From NCBI GenBank assembly GCA_046290465.1, contig JBKAGP010000001.1, forward strand, positions 4,672,001 through 4,736,000: a stretch of DNA of 64,000 nucleotides, read 5' to 3'. The notes under the pieces were generated by a model. That model saw only the letters and a program-made list of their open reading frames with translations. It did not search any database and had not been told where the DNA came from. Position numbers and translations under genes: made by a program. Origin of the DNA: Planctomycetota bacterium (GTDB lineage: Bacteria > Planctomycetota > UBA1135 > UBA2386). Shown here in pieces: positions 47,343 to 57,483 of the stretch. Position 1 is the first letter of the stretch, and the number at the start of each line of letters is the position of its first letter.

Positions 47343-49136
47343 ATGCGGCGCATGCTTGCCTCGCTCGCGTTCTGCATCGCCCTCGTCCCCCAGGGCGGCG
47401 TCAAGACGGCCGGCACGGTCGTCGACGTCGACGGTAGCCCGGTCGCCAACGCGCAGGTGACGTTCTTGTCGCGGCAGATCCCGCGCGCGCTGCATGGCGT
47501 CGAGGATCGGCGCGTCGCGACCACCGACGAACGCGGCCGCTACCGCGTCGAACTGGCGAAGGAGACCAGCTACAGCGCCTGGGCGACCTGGCCGGAGCGC
47601 GCGACCGACGTCGTCGAGGGCGTCATGGGCGGCTCGTTCCTCGGGCTGCGCGGGGTGCCGGGCACCGGCTCGTACGAGGTGCGCATCGACGGCATCGACG
47701 CGTGGCCGGACCACGCCGAGTTCACGGTGCGCGCGCTGGTCGGCGCCTCGAACGTCGACTTCGTGCCCTGCGAACGGGAGGGCGACGGCTTTCGCGTGCC
47801 GCCGCTGCCGCCGATGACGGTGCGTGCGATCGAGGTGCTGGACCCGCGCGGCGAGATCGTCGCGGTCGGCTCGGCGCAGAACACGCAGGACGGCTACACG
47901 TTCGCGATGTCGCCGCCGGTGGAGTTCCCGATCGAGGTCGTCGACGCGCAGGGGGCGCCCGTCGCCGGCGCCGAGGTGCGCTGGCACATCCGCAACTACT
48001 GGTACTCGGCCGACGACACGCTGGCGTTCATGCAGCGGTTCCGTTCGCCGTGTCCGGTGGTCGCGCGCACCGATGCGGACGGCGAGGCCGACGTGCGGGT
48101 GCCGGAGAAGGCGGTCGACGACCTCTGGCTGATCACGTCGAAGGACGGCTTCCGGATGTCGATCGACGGCTTCCACCGCGGCCAGGTCGTGCAGGGCGGC
48201 GTCGGCACCGGCGACGTGCCGAAGCCGCGGCAGCTGCGCGTGGTGCTGAAGCAGGCCGATGTCGAGCGCATCGACCTGACCGACCGCGGTCTGCCGCAGG
48301 CCGAGGGCTTCCTGCGCATGGGGCTGCGCATCTACGTCAAGAGCAAGAACTCGACGCGCGGCACGATCCTGCCGTTCAACGCGCCGATCGAGGACGGCAA
48401 GGCGGTGTTCCGTTCGCCGCTGCCGGCCAAGACCGAGGTCGAACTGCTGGAGGTGTCGCTGACCGACGTCGTGCGCGACAAGCTGCGCGAACGGTTCGGC
48501 TTCGCGCCGCGGTTCTGGCGGCTGGCCGAACCCGAGACGTTCGCGGTCGACAAGGTGGTCGAGGACCCGCTCGGGCTGCGCGACGCGCGCATGGTGCAGG
48601 TGACGGCCGCCGATGGCCGGCCCGCGGCGCACGTCGGCGTGCTCTATCGCGACGACCGCGGCTCGACCATGGGCGTGCGTGTCGACCGGCTCGGTCGCGC
48701 GCTGATCTCCGGCCACGTCGGTCGCGGCAGTCCGATCGGTTCGTGTTCGATGCGCGGCTTCGCTGCCCGCTCGATGCCCGAAGAGATCTCCGAACGGGTG
48801 TTGCTGCAGCTGCAGGAGATGGTGCCGCTGGCGGTGCGCGTCGAGGTCGACGGTGATCCGGTGGCGGAGCCGGTCCTGGTGCAGCCGACCGGCCTGCAGC
48901 CCGACGAAGCAGAAGGGGGCGACGGGGTCGGCGCGGCCGGAGCCTGGATCGTCGAGCAGGCGAGTTCGTTGTTGCCCGGCGTCTGGAGCGATGCGAGCGG
49001 TGTCGTGATGCTGCGGCTGCCGCCGATCGGCGGGCGGCTGAGTCTGCGCTCGTCGCGCAAGGTCGTCGACGGCGGCACGCTGGTCTGGGAGCCCGGGCGC
49101 ACCAAGGAGCACGTCGTGACGATCGAGTCGCGTTGA
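47343..49136 (+). CDS. Secreted carboxypeptidase-regulatory-like domain protein
   Basis: GTVVDVDGSPVANAQV, VVDAQGAPVAGAEV, TD..G repeats. Confidence 0.72.
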   Translation: MRRMLASLAFCIALVPQGGVKTAGTVVDVDGSPVANAQVTFLSRQIPRALHGVEDRRVATTDERGRYRVELAKETSYSAWATWPERATDVVEGVMGGSFLGLRGVPGTGSYEVRIDGIDAWPDHAEFTVRALVGASNVDFVPCEREGDGFRVPPLPPMTVRAIEVLDPRGEIVAVGSAQNTQDGYTFAMSPPVEFPIEVVDAQGAPVAGAEVRWHIRNYWYSADDTLAFMQRFRSPCPVVARTDADGEADVRVPEKAVDDLWLITSKDGFRMSIDGFHRGQVVQGGVGTGDVPKPRQLRVVLKQADVERIDLTDRGLPQAEGFLRMGLRIYVKSKNSTRGTILPFNAPIEDGKAVFRSPLPAKTEVELLEVSLTDVVRDKLRERFGFAPRFWRLAEPETFAVDKVVEDPLGLRDARMVQVTAADGRPAAHVGVLYRDDRGSTMGVRVDRLGRALISGHVGRGSPIGSCSMRGFAARSMPEEISERVLLQLQEMVPLAVRVEVDGDPVAEPVLVQPTGLQPDEAEGGDGVGAAGAWIVEQASSLLPGVWSDASGVVMLRLPPIGGRLSLRSSRKVVDGGTLVWEPGRTKEHVVTIESR

Positions 49137-49260
49137 GCGGCCTTGGCGCGAGCGGCCCATGCGATCGCGTCGTCGCCGGTTCGCGCGTCCGATCGGGACA
49201 ACCCCGCGACTTGTTGTGGCGGTCGGGTCGGACTACCTCGGGTAACCTCTCGACCCTTCG

Positions 49261-50331
49261 ATGCGCTCCTTCGTCGCCTACGTCCTGGCCCTGCTCGCCG
49301 TCTGTGCGGGTGTGTGGTTCGGCTTCTTCTCCAAGAACGACGTCGAGGGCAAGGAGTCCCGGCGCGCCGCCGGTGCGACTCCGGTGATCCTGGCGCCGGT
49401 TGTCGACGCTCCGTTCGCCGACAAGCTGGCCGCGCTCGGCACGGCGGTCGCCAACGAGTCGGTGACGCTGACCGCCAACCGCAGCGACCTCGTCAAGGCG
49501 ATCCACTTCGACGACGGCCAGCAGGTCGAGAAGGACCAGGTCCTGCTCGAGCTGCAGACGGCCGAAGAGCAGTCGATGCTCGCCGAGGCGAAGGCGCTGA
49601 TGGTCGAGCGTGAGGCCGCGCACGAGCGCGCCGTCGAACTCAACGGCCAGGGGATCTCGCCGAACAGCGAGGTGCAGACCACCGCCGCCCAGCTCAACGC
49701 CGCGCGCTCGCGCGTGCAGACCCTCGAGGCGACGATCCGTGACCACGTGGTGCGGGCGCCGTTCGCCGGCGTGCTCGGCCTGCGTCGCGTCAGCGTCGGC
49801 TCGCTGCTGCAGTCGTCGACGGTGATCACGACGCTCGACGATCTGTCGGTGGTCAAGGTCGACTTCACGCTGCCGGAGACCTGGCTCGCCGCGGTGCGGG
49901 TCGGCCAGCCGGTGCAGGCGCGCAGCGACGCGTGGCCCGAAGAGGTGTTCGTCGGCAAGGTCTCGGCGATCGACACGCGACTCGATCGGCGCACCCGTTC
50001 GGCGACGATCCGCGCGATCGTCGACAACAAGGACCTCAAGCTGCGTCCCGGCATGCTGATGAAGGTCGACGTCGACCGCGGTGAGGCGGCGTCGCGACAG
50101 GTGCCCGAGGAGGCGTTGATCCAGAAGGGCGAGCAGCACTTCGTCTACGTCGTCGGCGACGACACGGTCGCCAGGGAGGTCGTCATCGACGTCGGCCGCC
50201 GCCAGGTCGGCCGCGTCGAGGTGCTCGGTGGCCTCGAGGTCGGCCAGCGCGTCGTGGTCGAAGGGCTGGTGCGCGTGCGCGACGGCAGCAAGGTGCAGGT
50301 CGTCGCGGTGCGCGACGGAGACAAGCAGTGA
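49261..50331 (+). CDS. RND efflux periplasmic adaptor (MFP)
   Basis: N-terminal TM, lipoyl-like half motifs, RAPFAG, LRPGM. Confidence 0.92.
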   Translation: MRSFVAYVLALLAVCAGVWFGFFSKNDVEGKESRRAAGATPVILAPVVDAPFADKLAALGTAVANESVTLTANRSDLVKAIHFDDGQQVEKDQVLLELQTAEEQSMLAEAKALMVEREAAHERAVELNGQGISPNSEVQTTAAQLNAARSRVQTLEATIRDHVVRAPFAGVLGLRRVSVGSLLQSSTVITTLDDLSVVKVDFTLPETWLAAVRVGQPVQARSDAWPEEVFVGKVSAIDTRLDRRTRSATIRAIVDNKDLKLRPGMLMKVDVDRGEAASRQVPEEALIQKGEQHFVYVVGDDTVAREVVIDVGRRQVGRVEVLGGLEVGQRVVVEGLVRVRDGSKVQVVAVRDGDKQ

Positions 50332-53300
50332 TCCTGTCCGACCTGTCGGTCCGGCGGCCGGTGCTCGCGTCGGTGCTGAGCCTGGTGCTGGTCACGCTCG
50401 GCATCGTCGGGCTGATGCGGCTGTCGATGCGCGAACTGCCCGACATCGATTCGCCGCGCGTCAGCATCAGCACCAACTACCCGGGGGCCGCGGCCGCGGT
50501 CGTCGAGACGCGCGTCACCCAGGTCATCGAGAACGAGATCAGCGGCATCGACGGGATCCGCACGATCTCGTCCAACACCTCGGACGGCCGTTCGTCGATC
50601 GACGTCGAGTTCGTGCTCGGTCGCGATCTCGACTCGGCCGCCAACGACGTGCGCGACCGCGTCGGCCGCGTGCTCGACCGGCTGCCCGAGGAGGTCGACC
50701 CGCCCGAGGTCGCCAAGGTGCAGTCCGGCTCCGACACGGTGTTCTGGATGAGTCTGGCCTCGCCGATCCGCGACGCGCTCGAGCTGACCGACTACGTCGA
50801 CCGCTACCTTGCGGACCAGTTCGCCAACGTCGAAGGGGTCGCGCAGGTGCGCTACGGCGGCGGCAGCCGCTACTCGATGCGGATCTGGCTCGATCGCGAG
50901 GCGCTGGCCGCGACCGGGGTGACCGCCGGCGACGTCGAGGCGGCGCTGCGGCGCGAGAACGTCGAGCTGCCGGCCGGTCGGGTCGAGTCGACCAGCCGCG
51001 AGTTCACCGTCCGGGTGGCGCGCCGCTACCAGACCGCCGAGCAGTTCGGCCGCCTGACCGTCGGTCGCGGCGACCAGGGCCACCTGCTGCGCCTGGAGGA
51101 CGTCGCGCGCATCGAGCTCGGCCCGTCCGACGACCGCAACGTGTTCCGTCGCAACGGCGAGGACATGGTCGGCATCGGCATCATCGCGCAGGCCAAGGCC
51201 AACGTGGTCTCGGTCGTCGACGGCGTGCGCAAGCGTATGGCCGAGATCAACGAGACGCTGCCGCAGGACATCCAGCTGTATCCGTCGAGCGACTCGTCGG
51301 TCTACATCCGCGCCGCGATCGACGAGGTCTACCGCACGCTGTTCATCACCGCGCTGGTGGTGATCGGCGTGATCTTCCTGTTCCTCGGCAGCGGGCTGGC
51401 GACGCTGATCCCGGCGCTGACGGTGCCGGTGTCGCTGGTCGGCACGTTCTTCGTGCTCGACCAGCTCGGCTTCTCGATCAACCTGCTGACGCTGCTCGGG
51501 CTGGTGCTGGCGATCGGCCTCGTCGTCGACGACGCGATCGTCGTGCTCGAGAACATCGCGCGCCGCATCCGCAACGGCGAGCCGCCGCTGCGCGCCGCGT
51601 TCGTCGGCACGCGCCAGGTCGGCTTCGCGGTGGTCGCGACCACCGTCGTGCTGGTGGCGGTGCTGGTGCCGGTCACGTTCGTCGAGGGCAACACCGGTCG
51701 CCTGTTCACCGAGTTCGCGCTGGCGCTCGCCGGTGCCGTGGTGCTGTCGACGGTCGTCGCGCTGACGTTGACCCCGGTGATGTGCTCGCTGCTGCTCAAG
51801 GGCGGCAAGCCGACGCCGCTGATCCGCGTGGTCGACTGGATGTTCGTGCCGGTGCAGCGCGGCTACCGCTGGCTGCTCGAAGGGCTGGTGTCGCAACCGC
51901 TCGCGGCGATCGCGATCGCCGGCGGCCTGGCGCTTTCGATCGGCGGCCTCTACCAGGGGCTGCCGCAGGAATACGCGCCGCAGGAGGACCGCGGTTCGTT
52001 CCGGATCAGCATGAAGGGTCCGGAGGGCGCGTCGTTCGAGCACGCGGTGCGCGCCGGCGGCGAGGGCGAGAAGGTGATGATGGCGCTGATCGAGTCCGGC
52101 GAGGCGCAGCGGGTGCTGCTGCGGGTGCCGGGCTCGTGGTCGTCGTCGGGCAGCGTCAACTCGGCGTTCGGCACCGTGCTGCTGCAGCTGTGGGGCGAAC
52201 GCGAGCGCACCACCAGGGAGATCATGGCCGACGTCGATCGGCAGCTCAGTGCGATCCCGGGCTACCGCGCGTTCTGCATCGCGGAGTCGGGCCTGCTGCG
52301 CCGATCGGGGCAGCCGGTGCAGTTCGTGCTGACCGGTTCGACCTACGAGGAGCTGGCCGGCTGGCGCGACGTGGTGGTGGCCGAGGCGCGCCGCAACCCG
52401 GGCCTGGTCGCGGTCAACAGCGACTACGAGGAGACCAAGCCGCAGCTCGAGGTGATCGTCGACGACGATCGCGCCGCCGACCTGGGCGTGTCGTCGGTCG
52501 AGGTCGGGCGCACGCTCGAGACCATGATGGGCTCGCGCCGCGTGACGACGTTCGTCGAGCGCGGTGAGGAATACGACGTCGTGCTCGAAGCCGAGGACAG
52601 CGACAAGCGGTCGCCGACCGACCTCGAGCAGATCTACGTGCGCTCGCAGACGACCGGCGAACTGGTGCGGCTCGCCAACGTGGTCTCGGTGCGCGAACTC
52701 GCCGACTCGGCGACGCGCAACCGCTACGACCGCCTGCGTTCGATCACCATCAACGCCAACCTCGCCGAGGGCTACACGCTCGGCGAAGCGCTGACGTTCT
52801 TGCGCGGGGTGGTGCGCGACAAGCTGGGCGGCCAGCCCGGCATCGCCTACGGCGGCCAGAGCCGCGAGTTCGTCGAGTCGTCGGACGCCCTGCTGCTGAC
52901 GTTCCTGGTGTCGCTGCTGCTGGTCTACCTGGTGCTGGCGGCGCAGTTCGAGTCGTTCGTGCAGCCGCTGGTGATCCTGCTGACGGTGCCGTTGGCGGTG
53001 TTCGGCGGCCTGCTCGGTCTCGAGCTCGGCGGTGGCACGATCAACATCTACAGCCAGATCGGCATGGTCATCCTGATCGGCCTCGCGGCGAAGAACGGCA
53101 TCCTGATCGTCGAGTTCGCCAACCAGCTACGCGACGAAGGCAAGCACTGGCGCGACGCCGTGATCGACGCCAGCGTGCTGCGCCTGCGGCCGATCCTGAT
53201 GACCGGCCTGTCGACGTCGCTCGGCGCGCTGCCGCTGGTGCTCGCCAGCGGCGCCGGTGCCGAGGGCCGCGCGGCGATCGGGCTGGTGGTGCTGTTCGGC

Positions 53301-53462
53301 GTCACGATCGCGACGCTGACGACGCTGCTGGTGGTGCCGGGCACCTACGGCCTGATTGCGCGGTTCAGCGGTTCGCCACAGGCGCGCGCGCGCGAGCTCG
53401 AGTCGCAGCTGGCGGACGGCGTCGAGAGCAAGCAGCCGGCCACCGCCAGCGCCGTCGGCTAG
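50328..53462 (+). CDS. RND efflux permease (AcrB/HAE1 family)
   Basis: RRPV, YPGA, GLVVDDAIVVLEN, AKNGILIVEFAN, RLRPILMT. Confidence 0.95.
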   Translation: MILSDLSVRRPVLASVLSLVLVTLGIVGLMRLSMRELPDIDSPRVSISTNYPGAAAAVVETRVTQVIENEISGIDGIRTISSNTSDGRSSIDVEFVLGRDLDSAANDVRDRVGRVLDRLPEEVDPPEVAKVQSGSDTVFWMSLASPIRDALELTDYVDRYLADQFANVEGVAQVRYGGGSRYSMRIWLDREALAATGVTAGDVEAALRRENVELPAGRVESTSREFTVRVARRYQTAEQFGRLTVGRGDQGHLLRLEDVARIELGPSDDRNVFRRNGEDMVGIGIIAQAKANVVSVVDGVRKRMAEINETLPQDIQLYPSSDSSVYIRAAIDEVYRTLFITALVVIGVIFLFLGSGLATLIPALTVPVSLVGTFFVLDQLGFSINLLTLLGLVLAIGLVVDDAIVVLENIARRIRNGEPPLRAAFVGTRQVGFAVVATTVVLVAVLVPVTFVEGNTGRLFTEFALALAGAVVLSTVVALTLTPVMCSLLLKGGKPTPLIRVVDWMFVPVQRGYRWLLEGLVSQPLAAIAIAGGLALSIGGLYQGLPQEYAPQEDRGSFRISMKGPEGASFEHAVRAGGEGEKVMMALIESGEAQRVLLRVPGSWSSSGSVNSAFGTVLLQLWGERERTTREIMADVDRQLSAIPGYRAFCIAESGLLRRSGQPVQFVLTGSTYEELAGWRDVVVAEARRNPGLVAVNSDYEETKPQLEVIVDDDRAADLGVSSVEVGRTLETMMGSRRVTTFVERGEEYDVVLEAEDSDKRSPTDLEQIYVRSQTTGELVRLANVVSVRELADSATRNRYDRLRSITINANLAEGYTLGEALTFLRGVVRDKLGGQPGIAYGGQSREFVESSDALLLTFLVSLLLVYLVLAAQFESFVQPLVILLTVPLAVFGGLLGLELGGGTINIYSQIGMVILIGLAAKNGILIVEFANQLRDEGKHWRDAVIDASVLRLRPILMTGLSTSLGALPLVLASGAGAEGRAAIGLVVLFGVTIATLTTLLVVPGTYGLIARFSGSPQARARELESQLADGVESKQPATASAVG

Positions 53463-53494
53463 GAAGCGCGTCCACTACATGGACGCGCTCCTAG
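53459..53494. repeat. Single REP-like palindrome of the same family, 36 bp, CTAG at both ends
   Basis: ctaggaagcgcgtccactacatggacgcgctcctag lying between two convergent TAG stops. Confidence 0.88.
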
Positions 53495-54621
53495 CGGATG
53501 CGCAGCACGTCGACGTTGGTCGTCGACAGGCCGCCATCGATGGCCAGCGCCTGGGTCAGGTAGACCTGTCCCTGTAGCGCCGGCTGCGCCGGGATCGCGA
53601 CGCTGGCCGTCGTGACCGCGCCGCTCGTCGGAAAGCAGCCGATCAGTGCAGAGAATGCCGGCGCCACGAACAGGTCGCCGATGCCCGGCGCCGCCGCCGA
53701 CTGGGTCGGCAGCGTCAGGAACGGGCACACGAAGCTCGGGTTGGTCGCGAATCGCATCGAGAACACCGCGCTGCTGCCGATCGTCGGGGACGATACGCGC
53801 AGTCCGGCTTGGTCGACGGCGACCACCGAGGTCGCCGTCGTCGGGAAGACCGTGGGTGCGCCGGTCACGAACGACACGCCCGGGTCGAACTGAACGTTCG
53901 AACTGCTGTCGACGAAGAAGTCGAACAGCCCGAACGAGCTCTGTGTGAATTGCAGCCCCAGCACGCTGCGCAGGCGCGCGGTGCTGTTGGTCAGTTCCAC
54001 GCCGAACGCGAACGCGCCGAAGCCGAAGTTCATGCGGATTTCGCCGTCGGTCATGTCGAGCTGCGCGTCGAGGAGGTTGATGATCGATCCGGACGAGCTC
54101 GATGCGGGGCCGGCAACCGTTCCGTCGAGCCACAGCCGGCCGGCCGTCACCGTGGTCGGGCCGATGTAGGAGTCGCGGATCACGAGGTCCTGGATCGTCG
54201 CGACGCTGATGCGCGGCTCGAGCGAGCCCTGCTCCGGGAACACCTCGTCCAGCAGCACCGCGCTGAGGCAGTTCACGATGCGGATCGACGGCTCGCAGAT
54301 GCACGGGGTCTGCGGGCTGCGCAGATCGACGTCGTGGATCGAGCACGACATGCCGGCCGGGATGCCGTCCACCTCGATCGTCTCGGTCTGGAACGTCGAC
54401 GTGATGACGACGCCTGCCTCGCCGAAGATGTGTACTGCCCGATCCACGACGAACGGGCTGTAGGCGCCAGGACGAATCTCGATGCGGTCGCCCGCGTTGG
54501 CTGCCGTGATCGCGGCCTGGACCTGCTGGTAGGGCGTGCCGCCGGCGATGTCGACGACCAGCGTCTGCTGCGCGGACAGGCTCGATACGAGGCATCCGGC
54601 GAGGGTGAAACGGGAGAGCAT
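53491..54621 (-). CDS. Secreted beta-helix-like protein with C-terminal beta-sandwich
   Basis: Signal peptide LSA-Q; QAAI.AA..GD.I.I.PGAY start typical of beta-helix proteins. Confidence 0.75.
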   Translation of the reverse strand: MLSRFTLAGCLVSSLSAQQTLVVDIAGGTPYQQVQAAITAANAGDRIEIRPGAYSPFVVDRAVHIFGEAGVVITSTFQTETIEVDGIPAGMSCSIHDVDLRSPQTPCICEPSIRIVNCLSAVLLDEVFPEQGSLEPRISVATIQDLVIRDSYIGPTTVTAGRLWLDGTVAGPASSSSGSIINLLDAQLDMTDGEIRMNFGFGAFAFGVELTNSTARLRSVLGLQFTQSSFGLFDFFVDSSSNVQFDPGVSFVTGAPTVFPTTATSVVAVDQAGLRVSSPTIGSSAVFSMRFATNPSFVCPFLTLPTQSAAAPGIGDLFVAPAFSALIGCFPTSGAVTTASVAIPAQPALQGQVYLTQALAIDGGLSTTNVDVLRIR

Positions 54622-54741
54622 GTGCAGATGGTAGCGCCGGTGGGCATGCAGGGAGACATTCGTCACGGAGGTGCTGCCAACCTGGATTAGCGGGAAGTTC
54701 CGTGACGCCGGGCCGTCCAGGACGCCCCAGGAAGAAGCCGC

Positions 54742-55698
54742 ATGAAGATCCACAGCCTGCTCTGTTCCTTGCTCCTGTCGGTAGCGGTCCTTGCCCAGGA
54801 GGACGCCGCCGCGACCAAGGCCGCTCCAGCGAGCGACCTGCAGAAGGTGCTGCGCGCCGCTGCGCTCGGCGACGGGGCCGTGTTCGACGTCACCTGGTCG
54901 TGGCCGATCACCTTCGTGGGCTCGGCGACGACGTCGCGGTCGGGAGGCTCCGGCAAGGAGCAACTGGGCGGTCGCTTCGATCGGGACGCGATTGCCGTCG
55001 ACTACGACGCGGGCCGTCTGGGCAAGATCTCGATCGTGCAGGTCGGTCGGCACACGATGTTGCGCGACGGCGACGGCCCGTGGCGGCTCGACAACCTGTC
55101 CGGGGCGCGCGCGCTCGGCCTCTCGTTCCTGCCGGATCCGCAGCGCATGCTGCTGTCGCTGGCTGCAGCCGCCCCGAGGCCGACGATCCGCGAGATCGTC
55201 GAGGTCGATGATCGGGCGGTCGAGCGCGTCGGCATGACGCTCGACAAGGAGCAGTTGACCACGTTGGTGCGCGCCGGCGCGATCCACGACCCAAGCCCCG
55301 GCGGGGCGGTGCAGCAGGCCCTCCGCATGGCTGGGCGGGGTCGTCCGCGCGGCAACGCGGAGGTCGTTCCGGTCGACGTGGTCGTCGACATCGACGTCGA
55401 GACTCGCAACGTCACGCGGGTCGCCTTCCGTGCGATCACCAAGGAACGGGACTTCCGGGCCGCGATGCGCCGCATGCGCCAGCGCGGCGGTGGCGTGGTG
55501 CAGGAGCAGGGGCGCGCCGACGAGCCCGAGCAGCCGCAGGAAGAACGGAAGCAGGGCCCGATGAAGTACGAGGGCGGCATGCCGGTCCGTGCGAAGGACG
55601 GCAAGACGGTCTACTCGATCGAGCTGAAGTTCAGCCAACACGGCAAGCAGTCGGCGGTCCGCCTCGGCGACGCGCAGCAGCGACTGCTGGGCCGCTAG
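54742..55698 (+). CDS. Secreted hypothetical protein
   Basis: Signal peptide VLA-Q, high GC3. Confidence 0.75.
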   Translation: MKIHSLLCSLLLSVAVLAQEDAAATKAAPASDLQKVLRAAALGDGAVFDVTWSWPITFVGSATTSRSGGSGKEQLGGRFDRDAIAVDYDAGRLGKISIVQVGRHTMLRDGDGPWRLDNLSGARALGLSFLPDPQRMLLSLAAAAPRPTIREIVEVDDRAVERVGMTLDKEQLTTLVRAGAIHDPSPGGAVQQALRMAGRGRPRGNAEVVPVDVVVDIDVETRNVTRVAFRAITKERDFRAAMRRMRQRGGGVVQEQGRADEPEQPQEERKQGPMKYEGGMPVRAKDGKTVYSIELKFSQHGKQSAVRLGDAQQRLLGR

Positions 55699-55726
55699 CC
55701 GACTCGCTGCTACGTTGCGTCGTGCC

Positions 55727-57055
55727 ATGCACGACCCCTCCGACTCCGGCGCTCCGCGCCGCGGCATGTCGCTGCCGACGAGGATCTTGATCGGGCTCGT
55801 CGTCGGCGCGGCGGCCGGCGTCACGCTCAACCTGCTGTACGCACCCGAGCTGGGCGCGGCCAAGTCGGACGCCTACGTCGAGGTCGAATGGTGGGCGGAC
55901 CAGGTCGTCAAGCCGTTCGGCGACCTGTTCCTGCGGCTGCTGTTCATGGTGGTCGTGCCGATCGTGTTCTGTTCGCTGTTCCTCGGTGTCTCCGGCCTCG
56001 GCAGCGTGCAGAAGATCGGCTCGCTCGGTTCGCGCACGTTGATGTGGTTCCTCGGCACGACCACGGTGGCGGGCGTGCTGGGCATCACGCTGGTGCGCCT
56101 GATCGCGCCCGGCGAGAACGTCGCCGACGAGACCGTCGCCGCGATCAAGGAGCAGTACGGCGCGGTCGCCCAGGCCAAGATCGACCAGTCGGTGCAGGCC
56201 AAGGGCTGGCTGCAGATGGTCGTCGACTTCGTGCCGACCAACATCGTCGGCGCCGCTGGCGACAACAAGAGCATCCTCGGCCTGATCATCTTCGCGCTGA
56301 TCCTCGGCGCGGCGGCGACGCGGGTGCCCGCCGATCGCACGCGCATCCTGCGCGAACTGCTCGAGGGCCTCTACGAGCTGTGCCTGAAGGTGCTGTCGTG
56401 GGTGATGGAGTTCGCGCCGATCGGCGTCGCGTGCCTGATCTTCCATGCGACCGCCATGCTCGGCGTCGACGTGATGCGGCTGGTGGGCTGGTACTTCGTC
56501 ACCGCGATGGGCGGGCTGGTCTTCTACCAGCTGGTCGTCGTGACGCTGCTGGCGCGCGTGTTCGCGGGGCTGTCGCCGCGGCGCTTCTACCAGGGCATCC
56601 GCACGCTGCTGGTCACCGCGTTCTCGACGTCGTCGTCCAACGCGACGATGCCGACGACGATCCGGACCGCGACCGACGAGTTCGGTGCGCCCAAGGAGAT
56701 CGCCGGCTTCGTGATGCCGCTGGGTGCGACCATGAACATGAACGGCACCGCGCTGTTCGAAGGTGTCTCGGTGCTGTTCCTGGCGCAGGTCTACGGCGCC
56801 GATCTCGGCCTCGGCCAGCAGGCGCTGATCGTCGGCTTCGCGGTGCTGATCGCGATCGGCGCCGCCGGCGTGCCCGGCGGTTCGATCCCGCTGCTCGCGA
56901 TCGTGCTGACCCAGGTCGGGGTGCCGCCGGAGTTCCTCGCGCTGATCCTCGGCGTCGACCGTCTCGTCGACATGACCCGTACGCTGCCCAATGTCAGCAG
57001 CGACCTCGTGTGCAGCCTGTGGTTGTCGCGGCGAGAAGGGCACGCGATCCGGTGA
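55727..57055 (+). CDS. Dicarboxylate/amino acid:cation symporter (GltP-like)
   Basis: AFSTSSSNATMP, PLGATMNMNGTALFE, DMTRT..NV. Confidence 0.92.
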   Translation: MHDPSDSGAPRRGMSLPTRILIGLVVGAAAGVTLNLLYAPELGAAKSDAYVEVEWWADQVVKPFGDLFLRLLFMVVVPIVFCSLFLGVSGLGSVQKIGSLGSRTLMWFLGTTTVAGVLGITLVRLIAPGENVADETVAAIKEQYGAVAQAKIDQSVQAKGWLQMVVDFVPTNIVGAAGDNKSILGLIIFALILGAAATRVPADRTRILRELLEGLYELCLKVLSWVMEFAPIGVACLIFHATAMLGVDVMRLVGWYFVTAMGGLVFYQLVVVTLLARVFAGLSPRRFYQGIRTLLVTAFSTSSSNATMPTTIRTATDEFGAPKEIAGFVMPLGATMNMNGTALFEGVSVLFLAQVYGADLGLGQQALIVGFAVLIAIGAAGVPGGSIPLLAIVLTQVGVPPEFLALILGVDRLVDMTRTLPNVSSDLVCSLWLSRREGHAIR

Positions 57056-57076
57056 GCGGCGTCTGCGGGCGGGCTA

Positions 57077-57436
57077 TCACGTGCACGGCTCCTCCGCCAT
57101 GTCCACGACGTACCCCATCCCGCGCACGCGCTCCATCACCACCGGGGCGAACAGCAGGCCGGTGCAGCGATACGGTACCAGCAGCGCGCGCAGCTGGCGA
57201 ACGGTGGTCGGCCGGTAGCCAGGGTGCGGCGTCGGAGCGCGGTGCGGTGGCGTGTAGAGATGCCACTGCGGCCAGTTGGGCGCACCTTGGCAGCCGAGCA
57301 GCACCGGCGCGGCGGTCCAGGTGGCCCGCATCGGCGTCGATCCGAAGTCGACGCACTGCTGCGCGCGGGGCGCGCAGACGGTGAGGCCGAGGGCGAGCGG
57401 CAGCAGCGCCAGCAGGCGCGATCGGTGGACGTTCAT
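57077..57436 (-). CDS. Small secreted Cys-containing protein (similar to 39008-39454)
   Basis: Signal peptide; C...PPH...YRC..LLFAP...ER...M....C. Confidence 0.65.
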   Translation of the reverse strand: MNVHRSRLLALLPLALGLTVCAPRAQQCVDFGSTPMRATWTAAPVLLGCQGAPNWPQWHLYTPPHRAPTPHPGYRPTTVRQLRALLVPYRCTGLLFAPVVMERVRGMGYVVDMAEEPCT

Positions 57437-57483
57437 GCAGGCAGTGGCACGGCGCGCTGCATTCCGGTCCGCGGGTCGCCGGA

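Noticed and set aside
49261..53462. RND pump lacking an outer-membrane factor as a novelty
   Set aside because: Common arrangement; a TolC-like partner is often encoded elsewhere
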